From positions 194,742,001-194,806,000 of the forward strand of contig NC_091988.1 in the NCBI RefSeq assembly GCF_044704955.1: DNA of 64,000 nt. The letters are read 5' to 3'. This document shows positions 26,275-38,806 of the stretch, piece by piece (position 1 is the first letter of the stretch; every line of letters begins with the position of its first letter). The stretch is from Pristiophorus japonicus. Its lineage: Eukaryota. The notes under the pieces were generated by a model that saw only the letters and a list, made by a program, of their open reading frames with translations, was not told where the DNA came from and did no database searches. Position numbers and translations under genes: made by a program.

Positions 26275-26910
26275 ACAACAACTTATAATTATATAGTGCT
26301 TTTAACATAGTGAAATGTGCTTTACAGGAGTATTGAGATTAAAAAAAATTGACACCGAGCCGCATAAGTAACAAATTAGAGCAGGTGACCAAAAGTTTGG
26401 TCAAATAGGTATGTTTTAAGGAGCGTCTTGAAGGAAGAAAGTGAGGTAGAGAGGCGGAAAGGTTTAGGCAGGGAGTTCCAGAGCTTAGGGCCTAGGCGAC
26501 AGATGGCACAGCCACCAATGGTTGAGCAATCAGGGATTCTCAAGAGGGCAGAATTAGAAGAGCGAGGAGTTTGTGGGGCTGGAGGAGATTACAGAGATAG
26601 GGACGGGTGAGTCCATGGATGGGCAAAGCCATGGAGGGATTTGAAAATAAGGATGAGAATTTTAAAATCGAGGCATTGCTTAACCGGGAGCCAATGTAGA
26701 GCACATGGGTGATGGGTGAGCGGGACTTGGTGCAAGTTAGGACACGAACAGCTGAGTTTTGGATCACCTCTAGTTTACGTGGGGTAGAATGTGGGAGGCC
26801 AGCCAGGAGTGCGTTGGAATAGTCAAGTCTAGAGGTAACAAAGGCATGGATGAGAGCTTCAGCAGCCGATGAGCTGAGGCAAGGGAGGAGACGGGCAATG
26901 TTGTGGAGGA
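26275..26910 (-). mobile_element. L2 LINE 3' part
   Basis: LIHAFVTSRLDYSNALLAGLP, LEVIQNSAVRVLT; L2-type tail. Confidence 0.88.
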
Positions 26911-27049
26911 GAAAGGGATATGCCAGAGATCTATACATCAGTCAGCCTAACATTGGTTGAGAGTAACATTTAGAGGCAATAATATGTCCTAAAATTAATA
27001 CTCACCTAGAAAAATGTGTGTTAATTAAGGAGATGGCACCTTTTTTCAA

Positions 27050-28165
27050 AAAAAATTTATTCGTTCACGGGATGTGGGCATCGCTGGCAAGGCCGGCATT
27101 TATTGCCCATCCCTAATTGACCTTGAGAAGATGGTGGTAAGCCACCTTCTTGAATCACTGCAGTCCATGTGGTGATGGTACTCCCACAGTGCTGTGAGGG
27201 AGGGAGTTCCAGGATTTTTACCCAGCGATGATGAAGGAATGGCCAATATACGTCCAAATCAGGATGGTGTGAAACTTGGAGGGGAACGTGGAGTTGGTGG
27301 TGTTCCCATGCGCCCGCTACCCTTGTCCTTATAGGTGGTAGAGGTCGCGGGTTTGGGAGGTGCTGCCGAAGAAGCCTTGGCGAGTTGCTGCAGTGCATCT
27401 TGTAGATGGTACACACTGCAGCCACGGTGCGCCGGTGGTGGAGGGAGTGAATGTTGAAGGTGGTGGATGGGGTGCCAATCAAACGGGCTGCTTTGTCCTG
27501 GATGGTGTGGAGCTTTTTGAATGTTGTTGGAGCTGCACTTATCCAGGCAAGTGGAGAGTATTCCATCACACTCCTGACTTGTGCCTTGTAGATGGTGGAA
27601 AGGCTCTGGGGAGTCAGGTGGTGAGACATTCGCTGCAGAATACCCAGCCTCTGACCTGCTCTTGTTGCCACAGTATTTATGTGACTGGTTCAGTTAAGTT
27701 TCTGGTCAATGGTGACCCCAGGATGTTGATGGTAGGTGATTCGGTGATTGTAATGCCATTGAATGTTAAGGGGCAGTGGTTAGACTCTCGCTTGTTGGGG
27801 ATAGTCATTGCCTGGCACTTGTGTGGCGCAAATGTTACTTGCCACTTATCACCCCAAGCCTGAATGTCGTCTAGGTCTTGCTGTATATGGGCATGGACTG
27901 CTCCATTATCTGAGGAGTTGCAAATGGAACTGAATACTGTGTAGTTATCAACGAACATCCCCATTTCTGACATGATGGAAGGAAGGTCATTGATGAAGCA
28001 ACTGAAGATGGTTGGATCTAGGACACTGCCCTGAGGAACTCCTGCAGCGATGTCCCGGGAGTGTGATGATCGATCTCCAACCACCACAACCATCTTCCTT
28101 TGTGCTAGGTATGACTCCAGCCAGTGGAGAGTTTTCCCTCTGATTCCCACTGACCAGTTTTACTA
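27050..28165 (-). mobile_element. non-LTR retrotransposon 3' part, distinct CR1/L2-group family (also 14285-14618, 23200-23492)
   Basis: GVPQGSVL, WQVTFAPHKCQ, TIYKAQVRSVMEYSPLAW; tail ...gcccacatcccgtgaacgaataaa. Confidence 0.85.
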
Positions 28166-30692
28166 GAGCCTATGGGTACAAGGCAAGTCAAGCCTGGCAA
28201 GTTGTCACGTTTCCAGGATTTTGGGCATAGTAGGAGCTTAATGTAATTTATATTAAAAGGAAGGTCTCAAGTTAAATTTTGCTCACAAGGCAGAAAACTC
28301 ATCCCAGAACTCACTCAGTTGAGATGGTCCCAGTCATTCAGGAAACAGCCCACTGACCAAAAATAGACCCAAAAACTTGCAACCCAATTTAAATAGAATT
28401 CTTTCAGGAAATAACAGTACTGAGAAAGGAAATGCTGTAGATGCAAATGGCTTTTCAAAAGGCGTTTGATAGCAGGCTAGTTGATGTAATGAAGGCACAT
28501 GCTATTAAAGAGAGTGTGTCAGCATGGACAGGAAATTGGTTAAAGGACAGGAAACGAGTAGTGGTTAGTGAATGTTTTTCAGACTGTAGGGATGTAAACA
28601 GTGGGGTGTTCTGGGGTCAATGTTGTGGCCAATGCTCTTTTCAACATGTACAAATGATCTGGACTCGGGTAAAGGGGACACCGGCAAAAATTGCAGATGG
28701 CACAAAAATAAGGATTGTAGTTAACTGTGAAAAGGCCGTCAGGAGGACACGTCTAGTCGATTGGACAGATTGGATTTAATGAGGATAAATGCAAGATGTT
28801 ACATTTTGGGAGGACGAATGAGAGGAAATAAGTACTAAATGGTAAAACTTTAAAAGAAGCAGAGGTGCTTACTTGTTCAAATACAAAATTTTAAAAAAGT
28901 GGGCATAAAAGTAAGATTGCCAAAACATGTTAATTTTGGATTCCGTGAGATGTTCCAATAAGCACTCCCTGGAGCATTTAAAATGGAGTCTCCCTTCTCC
29001 TTTCCCTCTCCAAAGATCAGGCAGGCTATGTGCCCAGCACTGCTCAGGTGGATAATCGGAGTGGGGCCTAGGTGCCAACATATGGGCAGAGTTCTCTCCT
29101 GGGAGGGAGAATCCAAATTGGAGCCAAACAATATAAACAAAGAACACCTGGCTGAAAGTGTTACTGCACCTACCAATCTAAGACCCGTAGCTGCAGCATG
29201 AGTGTATCCATAGGCTGTTTTAATGTCTTTGGCACCAGCTCCTGTAGCCCAGGTTTCATGTGGTTGATGGGCACATTAAAATAAAGCTTCTGCATTTTCC
29301 TTAACAAGCAGCTAGTAAGACTGATTGTTTTTTTGTAACTACATCTTCCTGATTGCTGACAGTCTTTCTGTGCCCAGTAAATATGTTGGGTGTGTTGGTG
29401 GTAACATCATGATGCATGCTACTATTTTCTCTACTGACGTCATAGAATCTTGCATTTGGCCCTTCATAACTGTGCTGACTCTCTTGGAAAAAGTCCTACT
29501 CCTTTGTCCTTTCCCCATATTCTTTTAATGGTTTTTTTCCTCAAATACATATCCACTTCCCTTTTAAAAACAATTATGGATTCTGCTTCCATCAATGTTT
29601 GTGGTAGAGCATTCTCACAATGTGCGGCATAATACATATATAAATAGATTAATTTCTCATAACTTCTCCCTTACTACTTTTGGTGATGATCTTAAATTTA
29701 TACCCTCTAATTACAAATTCATCAGCCAGTGGAAATAGTTCTTACAATGACTTGCATTTATATAGCAACTTTAACCTGGCAAATTGTTCAGAGGCATGAG
29801 AAAAAACTGAAATTGAGCCAAAAGGAAAGATTAGGAAGGGTGACCAAAAGCTTGGTCAAAGTAGTGGGTTTTTAGGAGGGTCTTAAAAGGAGGAGAGGGA
29901 AGGATTTAGGGAAGGAAACCCAGAGAGTGGGACCTATGCAACTGAAGGCACAGTCACTAATGGTGGGACAAAGGGAGGGAGGGCGGGTGTTGGAGATGAA
30001 CGGGAAGTCAGAGGAACAGAGAGTTCTGGGGTGAGTGTTGTAGGTCTGGAGGAAGTTGTAGAGATAGGGATGGACAAAGCCATGGAGGATGAGCATTTTA
30101 AATCTGAGACATTAGGAGATTGGAAGCCAATGTAGGTCAGCGAGGACAGGGTTATGAGCAAAGAAGATTTGGTTAATGCTAGTATAATGGGCTTCAATGT
30201 ACCTATTTACCTCATCAAAACTCGTCATAATTTTAAATACCTCAATCCTCTTAACTTTCTCTGTTCTAAGAGAGCCGTAGTTTCTCTAGTCTCTCATCAT
30301 GATTAATGCCTCTTGTCCCTAGTATCATAGTGAATCTCTTCTACAAATGTATCACAATATTCTAACTGTGGCCTAACCAATGATTTATATAGGTTTAATA
30401 TTATCTCTTTGCACTTGTATTCAATACCCCTATTTATAAAACCTAGAATCGTGTTTTACCATCTTTCTCAACTTGTGCTCCCACTTTTAAAGATTTGTGT
30501 ATCTGAACTCTCGAAGTTTCTATGTTACACTACTTTAAAAGTTTTATTATTTAGTATATATTTCCTCCTTCATCCTCCCAAACTATTGCCTCACATTTAT
30601 CCACATTAAATTTCATCTCTCCTCTAGCTGCCCAATATATTAACCTGTCTATTTCATTCTGAAGTTGTTGAATATTTCTCTTCACAGTTAAT

Positions 30693-31845
30693 AAGAACAC
30701 AAGAACATAAGAATTAGGAGCAGGAGTAGGCCATCTAGCCCCTCGAGCCTGCTTCGCCATTTAACAAGATCACGGCTGATCTGGCCGTGGACTCAGCTCC
30801 ACTTACCCGCCCGCTCCCCATAACCCTTAATTCCCTTATTGGTTAAAAATCTATCTATCTGTGACTTGAATACATTCAATGAGCTAGCCTCAACTGTTTC
30901 CTTGGGCAGAGAATTCCACAGATTCACAACCCTCTGGGAGAAGAAATTCCTTCTCAACTCGGTTTTAAATTGGCTCCCCCGTATTTTGAGGCTGTGCCCC
31001 CTAGTTCTAGTCTCCCCGACCAGTGGAAACAACCTCTCTGCCTCTATCTTGTCTATCCCTTTCATTATTTTAAATGTTTCTATAAGATCACCCCTCATCC
31101 TTCTGAACTCCAACGAGTAAAGACCCAGTCTACTCAATCTATCATCATAAGGTAACCCCCTCATCTCGGAATCAGCCTAATGAATCATCTCTGTACCCCC
31201 TCCAAAGTTAGTATATCCTTCCTTAAGTAAGATGACCAAAACTGCACGCAGTACTCCAGGTGCGGCCTCAGCAATACCCTATACAGTTGCAGAAGGACTT
31301 CCCTGATTTTGTACTCCATCCCTATCGCAATGAAGGCCAACATTCCATTCGCCTTCCTGATTACCTGTTGCACCTGCAAACTAACTTTTTGGGATTCATG
31401 CACAAGGACCCCCAGGTCCCTCTGCACTGCAGCATGTTGTAATTTCTCCCCATTCAAATAATATTCCCTTTTACTGTTTTTTTTCCCCAAGGTGGATGAC
31501 CTCACACTTTCCGACATTGTATTCCATCTGCCAAACCTTAGCCCATTCGCTTAACCTATCTAAATTTCTTTGCAGCCTCTCTGTGTCCTCTACACAACCC
31601 GCTTTCCCACTAATCTTTGTGTCATCTGCAAATTTTGTTATACTACACTCTGTCCCCTCTTCCAGGTCATCTATGTATATTGTAAACAGTTGTGGTCCCA
31701 GCACCGATCCCTGTGGCACACCACTAACCACCGATTTCCAACCTGAAAAGGACCCATTTATCCCAACTCTCTGCTTTCTGTTAGCCAGCCAATTCTCTAG
31801 CCATGCTAATACATTTCCACTGACTCCGCGTACCTTTATCTTCTG
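30693..31845 (-). mobile_element. relatively young CR1 LINE 3' part
   Basis: SGVPQGSVLGP, KFADDTK, LEYCVQFW, FFSQRVVNLWNSLP; embedded in older LINE sequence. Confidence 0.92.
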
Positions 31846-32467
31846 CTCCCCATATGCTCCCTATTTTTATTGTCTGAATCTGTTGATATTGTGTCCCATA
31901 CATAGGTCCAAATAATATACAATCAGAAAAGCAATAGATCCAACACTGACACCTGGGGATCATCATTCCTCCAGTCTGATAAACATCCATAAAATATTAC
32001 TCTATTTTTGTTCTTCAACCAATTTCCAATCCTTGCTGGTGCCTTCCCATTAGCACCATATGCCTGAATTGAACCAAGAAGCCTTCTATATTGCACCTTA
32101 TTAAATGTCTTTTGAAGCTCCTTGTATAGAACATTCACTGTACTTACTTTATAAATTCCCCGTTATTTCCTGAAAAACTCAATAAAATTTGTCCGATGTG
32201 ATTGTCTTTTACATAATCGCTGTCTTTAATTAACCCATGTCTTTCAAAATGAGTGTTAACTATATCCTATATTAAGGTCTTTAGAATTTTACCCACTACC
32301 AATATTTGGTTGACTTGTCATGACGTGACTATTGCATAAATGGTCACTGGCAAAACTGTGACAATCTGCCTGTGCATGCATGAAATGGCCAGCCAGCACA
32401 GTCAGACAGCTTACAGGAAGACTGGCTGCCTGTTACCAAAAGGAAATGTGGGAGAGCAACATTGTAT

Positions 32468-33003
32468 GTTTTTATTTCAAATATATACTTTATTCAAAAA
32501 ATGTCAAAATACATTACAATACAATCCACAACTCACATTACATATAGCACAACACAGATTAAATGCAGTACATGGTACTCTATTTACAGAAACAGATTAC
32601 AAATACATTTTCATTAACATTTTCTAAGTCATATAGACCGAGGTTTTTTTTAACACTGTTTCCAGCCCCTCGGTGTACAGTGGCGGGAAGGCCTTAAACT
32701 GTGGCCTTTCCCCACTGTGGGTTTGCGCAGCTGCACCAAACTTAAGTGCATCCCTCAGCACGATGTCCTGGATCTTGGAATGTGCCAGTCTGCAACACTC
32801 GGTCATGGACAACACCTTGCACTGAAAGACCAGCAAGTTTCGGACAGACCAAAGTGCGTCTTTCACAGAGTTGATGATTCTCGAGCAGCAGTTGATGTTT
32901 GTCTCAGTGTGCATCCCTGGGAACAGTCCGAAGAGCACAGAACCCTGTGTTACAGAGCTGCTCGGGATGAACCTGGACAGAAACCACCATTCGTTCATTC
33001 TCC
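32468..33003 (-). mobile_element. L1/Tx1-clade LINE 3' end
   Basis: VKDALWSVRNLLVF C-terminal motif, AT-rich 3' UTR with AATAAA and A-tail. Confidence 0.7.
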
Positions 33004-33384
33004 AAAAAGCTGGCCTGCAATATCAAAACAGCTGGAATGGGGCAAGCCCTTTTTTAAAGGGAGGCATGCTGTGACACATTCCATGATACTGTTACTGTAG
33101 GTAGATAAAGGCAGAACTAGCTTCCAGGCGATGGCTTTTATCTTCAGCTTCCAAACAATATTTAGGTGTTAATTAACTCAGCATAACCTTGTTCGGGAAG
33201 TTTCAGTAATACCCTACTGTGGTTCATTCAACCTGGAAAGTAGACTATCCGAGGGGCTATTATGTCGTCTGTAACATCATTACACATTGTCTTATGTCTA
33301 CTTGCAATTTGCCATGCGCTCCAGACACCTCGGAGGCTATGGGGACATTTAAGCCTCTGGCCGTAGAGATGCAGACATAAGAGC

Positions 33385-33423
33385 ATGAGAACTAGGCTGG
33401 TTTGGGATGAAACAGAATTGAAA
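33385..33423 (+). CDS. candidate alternative first coding exon (MRTRLVWDETELK)
   Basis: agcATG with A at -3, AAA|gtgagt donor in phase 0 matching exon 34293. Confidence 0.3.
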
Positions 33424-34292
33424 GTGAGTGCTAGAGTGTGTTAGAGATTCGTGGTAGGAGAGACAGTATATTCACTGCTGGTGGAACAGTTTGTAGATTT
33501 TAAAAAACTCTTGCTTTATGAAGTCATTATACAAATTACTTGTGCTGTTCTGTATGTGTCTTACTTAATTTTTATGAATATATCTAGTTTGTTAATTCAG
33601 ATCTTGACCCAATTTGAGCATGGATGTTGAGAACACTGCAATGGCTTGGAACACTGCGTAGGGACACGAGTGACCCAGGTTTGAGATTTTAAAGGGTTCA
33701 AGGCAACAAAAATGCAGTGTAACAACATCTGGTTCATGGAGGATAGGAGAACCAGTTGCGGAAATAGCATTGAGATTGTTGCAGGAAGGAGCGACTCACT
33801 AAAATATCCTAAAAATACATCAGACTGGCCTCATGGAAAAGAATGTTCAGTGCATTTTTTTTGCTCAAAAACACAATGTGATTTCCTAGCTCACATCCCT
33901 TGTGAGTGACACTGCTCTGATAAAAGCAAGGCAAGCCTTTCTTCCTTCAAAATTTCCAAATATTACTTTTTCGTGAAAGCAGTACCAGTTTGAAGTGGCT
34001 GCTTCTTTTAAAAATGTACTTTAAAGCAGGAGAAAGTTTTAACAGCTTATTTGATTTCAAACAACAAAAGACAGCTGTTGTTTTTCTTTTCAGTATTCGT
34101 AATTCTGTGAAAATGAAACATTCAAAAATTCCAATGGATCACTTTCGCAAAAATGAGGGCAATCCGGTTAGTAGCAAACACTCTTAACCCTTGCGCTCCT
34201 ATTTTGATATCTATAATTTCCAAATACTACTATAACCATTTAACAAGCACATCCCAGTCCTTTGAACGTGCTACCCAAATCTTCTCTTGCAG

Positions 34293-34342
34293 ATCATGTC
34301 AGTGCAAAGTGATATCAACCTGGGACCATCCGCCAATCCCTA
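34293..34342 (+). CDS. SGK2: SGK2-like kinase exon (IMSVQSDINLGPSANP)
   Basis: ttctcttgcag acceptor and TA|gtaagt donor; INLGPSANP matches the SGK2 pre-kinase motif; in-frame ATG at 34296. Confidence 0.85.
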
Positions 34343-34420
34343 GTAAGTTCATTTTAATATTGGAATAATAACCTATTGTAATTGAAGATATTTCATTTAG
34401 AAATGGTTATTTGTTTGCAG

Positions 34421-34478
34421 TGCCAAACCAACGGATTTTGATTTTCTAAAAGTTATTGGAAAAGGGAGTTTTGGAAAA
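34421..34478 (+). CDS. SGK2: SGK2 exon, Gly-rich loop ([19 protein letters not shown])
   Basis: tttgcag acceptor, gtgagt donor, 58 nt, GxGxxG motif, phase joins previous exon. Confidence 0.95.
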
Positions 34479-34856
34479 GTGAGTGAATTGTTTTTCTACT
34501 GGTTCGATTTTATCTTATTCTGTTTATACTTTTATATTTGAGTTTTTCCTGCAAAATAAATGTTGAACCTGCTTTACTAAACTGCTATATTTTGTTTCCA
34601 CTTCCTATAGAGTGTCATTCTTTTTCAAAGATACTTTTTATTTAAGCTCAGCTAAATCCAGGTTGACCAAAAAAAAGACTGTTTATATAAACTTGCATCT
34701 GACTTTGAATGTTTACAAATTTGTTAATTCAAACTTGCCTAAAATTAACTTATACTTACAATATAGATTTGGAAAATATGTAACTTTTAAAGCCTATCTG
34801 TTGAGTGTAATATGCAGATTTGGGACTTTAACCTGAAACTCTAAACTTTTATTTAG

Positions 34857-34940
34857 GTTCTCCTTGCAAAACGTAAATCGGATGGCAAATTTTATGCCAT
34901 CAAAGTCTTGCAGAAGAAAATGATCCTGAATAGAAAAGAG
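34857..34940 (+). CDS. SGK2: SGK2 exon with catalytic Lys ([28 protein letters not shown])
   Basis: ttttatttag acceptor; 84 nt; followed by non-canonical GCAAGT donor; AKRKSDG is SGK2-type. Confidence 0.93.
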
Positions 34941-35135
34941 GCAAGTATTAAATTGCCCTCAATGCTTAACTCCTTGAAAGTACACTTCAATGCAGACTTA
35001 AATGTTACTCTGAAACCCTTAATTACTATAACACACATGTCCCGAAGGAATTTTCACACAGCATAGAGTATCAAAATGGAGTGGCAGTTGAATTTATTGT
35101 GTACAATACTTAATAAATGAAAACAGTTAGCAGTA

Positions 35136-35690
35136 CAGGCAACTCTCGATTATCCGGGTCCCTCGGGGATTGGGCTATTCCGGGTAAACGGTTTTTCCGT
35201 TAGGGTGAGTCTACATTTTAAAGTTAAAACTTTAATGAATAAATACAATCGTTAGGGCGAGTTTACATTTATAAGTTAAAACTTTAATGAATCAATACAA
35301 TCAGCTACAAACAGTAACAAAAGATGAACATTACCAGCATGCATGTACAGGTTCTGTGCCTGGAATCCGGTGCCGGCACTGCCCCCGTTCCCAACGCCAG
35401 CGGCGGCCGCGAGAGACAGCGGCTGCAGCAATACGCACACACACACACACACCAGCAAAGTAAGGACAGAGGAGGGTGATTTTTACAGTGAGTGAGAGAG
35501 AGAGAATGTGCGAGTGTGAGAGAGAGAGTGTGTGAGAGAGAGAATGAGCAAATACAAATGAGCACAGTGTTTGGAAGGCGATTTTTCCAAATTATTTGGA
35601 GCTGTCTTTTCACCTGAAAGCAACAGAATTTTAAATCCCGTTACAACAGTTTCCCGCTGGATCCGTGTACGGATAATCAAGAGTTGCTTG
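35136..35690. mobile_element. Tc1/mariner (Tigger/pogo-type) MITE
   Basis: 21-bp TIR CAGGCAACTCTCGATTATCCG with 2 mismatches, TA on both flanks; internal 52-bp tandem duplication and CA/GA microsatellites. Confidence 0.8.
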
Positions 35691-35916
35691 TATATGAAAT
35701 GTTTAGAACAAGATAGTGGAGCACTTCTTAATTATTTGTAAATGGGAGCTCAAACAGTTAAGTTCTATTTACCTCGCGATGATGATTTTGTTTTAAGGAT
35801 TGGTGCAGTTGTGTTCACAGACCAAGCTCAGAAACAAGTCATGGACGTTGGTGGCAGTAATACCAACATCTTTAGTGACTGGTAAACCATGGTGAGATCA
35901 TTATTCTCTCCATATG

Positions 35917-36425
35917 AAAACAGAAAATGCTGGAAATACTCAGCAGGTCGGGCAGCATCTGTGGAGAGAGAAACAGAGTTAACGTTTCAGGTCGATGAAC
36001 TTTCATCAGAACTGGAAAAAGTTAGAGATGTGACAGATTTTAAGCAGGGGCAGGAAAAGGGGGGAGGGGAGGAAAGAACAAAAGGGAAGGTCTGTGATAG
36101 GAAGACACAGGAGAGATTCAGAAGACGAAAGGGACGGTGGTGCAAGGTAAAAGGAGATGGTAATGGGACAAGTTAAGAAACAAGATGAGGTGTAAATGGG
36201 AATGGCAGAAACATCAACAGCTGCCATGTGGAAAAAATGGGGCCAGAAGTTATGGTCTGAAATTGTTGAACTCGATGTTGAGTCCAGAAGGCTGTAAAGT
36301 GCCTAATCAAACGATGAGGTGCTGTTCCTCGAGCTTACATTGAGCTTCGTTGGAACAGTGTAAGAGGCCAAAGACTGAGAGGTCAGAGTAAGAGTGGAGC
36401 GGAGAATTAAAGCGACATGCGACCT
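35917..36425 (-). mobile_element. Penelope-like 3' fragment
   Basis: same terminus and 3' region as the 53-55 kb element. Confidence 0.8.
35977..36013 (-). ncRNA. minimal type I hammerhead ribozyme motif in Penelope terminus
   Basis: minus strand agtt-CTGATGA-aagttcatcgacct-GAAACGTT-aact. Confidence 0.65.
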
Positions 36426-36507
36426 GACTGTATATCGATGCCATCCAGTCTTCAGTGATCCACTAGATGATTAATCTAGTACATGTTTCAAAGTCCAAAT
36501 GCTGATT

Positions 36508-37810
36508 CTACAACATGTATTTATATAGCACCTTTTAATGTAGAAAAACACCCAAAAGCGCTCCACAGAGATGTCTTCAAAATGGATGCCAAGCCAAGTT
36601 AGGAGATTTAAGGGTGGAAGTTTGGTCAGAGATGGATTTTAAGGAGGGCCTTAAAGGACCAGAGAGAGGTGAAGAGGGCTTTAGCAAAGGAATTCAAGAG
36701 TGTGTGGCCTAGGTAGCTGATGGCTTTGCCGCCAATGGTTGGATGAAGGGAGGGAGGGATTGCAACAGGGTCAGAGCAGAGGAATGGAGAGTTAAGGTGG
36801 GTGGGGGAATGAGGCAGTTTATAGGACTAGACAAGGTTATATAGATAAGGAGGATGCGACCATAAAAGGATTTGAACACAAAGATGAGAATCTTAAATTT
36901 GAGGCATGGGTAGGAACAGAAGGCAACTATGTCAGCAAGGACAAGGGTGATGGGTGAGGGAGACTTGGTGCAAGATATGATACGGGTTATAGAATTCTGG
37001 ACGAGCGAAGTTTATGATAGGTGGCTAATAGGATGCTGACCAGCAGACATTGGAATAGTTGAGTCTGAAGGTCATAAAGGCATGGATGAGGGTTTTAGCA
37101 GACGATTGGCTGAGGTAGGTGTGATTTTAGAGAGGTGGTCGTAGGCAGTCTTTGTAATGGAGAGAATATGGAGTCAGAAACACAGCTCAGGATCGCATAG
37201 AATTTGTGGCAGAGGCTAAAGATGATGACTTTTGTCTTCCTTATGTTTAGCTGGAGGAAATTGTAGCTTATCCAAAACTGAATGTTGGACAAGCAGTCTA
37301 ACAACACAGTGGCAGTGGAGGGTTCAAGAGAAAGTGGTGGTGAGGTAGAGCTGATGCTGTCAGCATATATGTGGAAGCTGACCCCATATTTGCAGATAAT
37401 GCTACTAAAGGGTAGCAGGTAGATGAGGAAGAGGAAGGAGGTCAACAATAGATCCTTGGGGAACTCCAGATGTCACGATACAGGGATGGGAAGAGAAGCA
37501 ATTGCTGGAGGTACTCTAGTGATGATCAGATAGATAAAAGTCTAAGCAAGGGAGCTGGATAACAAAGAGGCATTGCAGGAGAATGGTGTGTTCAACCATG
37601 TTAAAGGCTGCAGAGAGGTTGAGGAAGATGACGAGAAATATTCCACCATGATCAGTCACAGAGAATGTAGTTCATCGTGACTTTTGTTAGGGCCAAATTA
37701 GTGCTGTGCTGGGGAAAAATCTGATTGGAGGGATTCAAATAGGTGGGAAAGATAAGTACAGATATAGGAGGCGACAATATATTTAAGGACTTCAGAGAGG
37801 AAGGACTCCT
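36508..37810 (-). mobile_element. old L2 LINE (others at 29745-30200, 39697-39815 plus 45890-46265)
   Basis: FHIYAD, NFLQLN..KT remnants; tail similar to the 26275 copy. Confidence 0.75.
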
Positions 37811-37956
37811 CGCTATTCTCATTGAGGCACTAACCCATCTAGTTTATAGAATTAAATGTTTGTATAAGATCACCAACAGTAATATCTACCTTATTGTCTT
37901 TGAAACGCACCTGGCTGTGGCCTGTCATTGAACTAAGCAAAACTTGCTAAGTTAGT

Positions 37957-38535
37957 AAGAAAGAAAGGAAATAAATATTTCCATTTATATAGTGCCTTTC
38001 ATGGCCTCAGATCGTCCCAAAGTGCTTTACAGACAATGAAGTACTTTTGAAGTGTAGTCACTGTTGCAATGTAGGAAATGCTGCAGCCAATTTTTACACA
38101 GCATGATCCCACAGACAGCAATCTGATAATGACCAGATAATCTGTTTTACTGACGTTGGTTGAGGGATAAATATTGGCCAGGACATTAGAAAGAACTCTC
38201 CTCCTTTTCGTAGAATCATAAAATGGCACAGCACAGAAGGAGGCTATTCGGGCCTTCATGTCTGTGCTGGCTCTTTAGTAGAGCTTTCCAATCAACCTCA
38301 CTACCCTGCTCTTTCCCCATAGCCCTGTAAATATTTTCCCTTCAAAATAGTGCCATGGGATCTTTACATCCACCTGAGAAGGCAATGAGGGAGGTGCCGA
38401 CTTTTGGATGAGACGTTAAACTTGGTTTAACGTCTCATCCTAAAGTCGGCACCTCCCTCAGTGCTGCCTAGATTTTGTGCTTAAGTCGCTAGCGTGGAAC
38501 CTTCTGACTCCAAGGCGAGAGTGCTAAGCACTGGC
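37957..38535 (-). mobile_element. Deu-type SINE interrupted by a CR1 tail (38211-38343) and carrying an inverted duplication
   Basis: colinear with the 51821-52281 copy outside the insertions. Confidence 0.8.
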
Positions 38536-38806
38536 CCATAACTATCCTTTTACATTAGGATAAAATTACTGTAAAAGTGAAAATATGGCTGGTAATTAAT
38601 ACATCGTTTTTTTAAGGCTAGAAATGCAAGCAGTCAGTTGCACTGAAGCTGGAATAAATTTGGTGTGAATTCTCATCAATGCAAAATTTGAAATGGTACC
38701 TGATGAAAGTAAATGTGCATGATTTTACATGTACTCACTAAAAGATGTTTAAATCTATTCTCTATTGTTGCTTGTTCAGATTCTAATGGTACTTATTTTA
38801 AATTAG

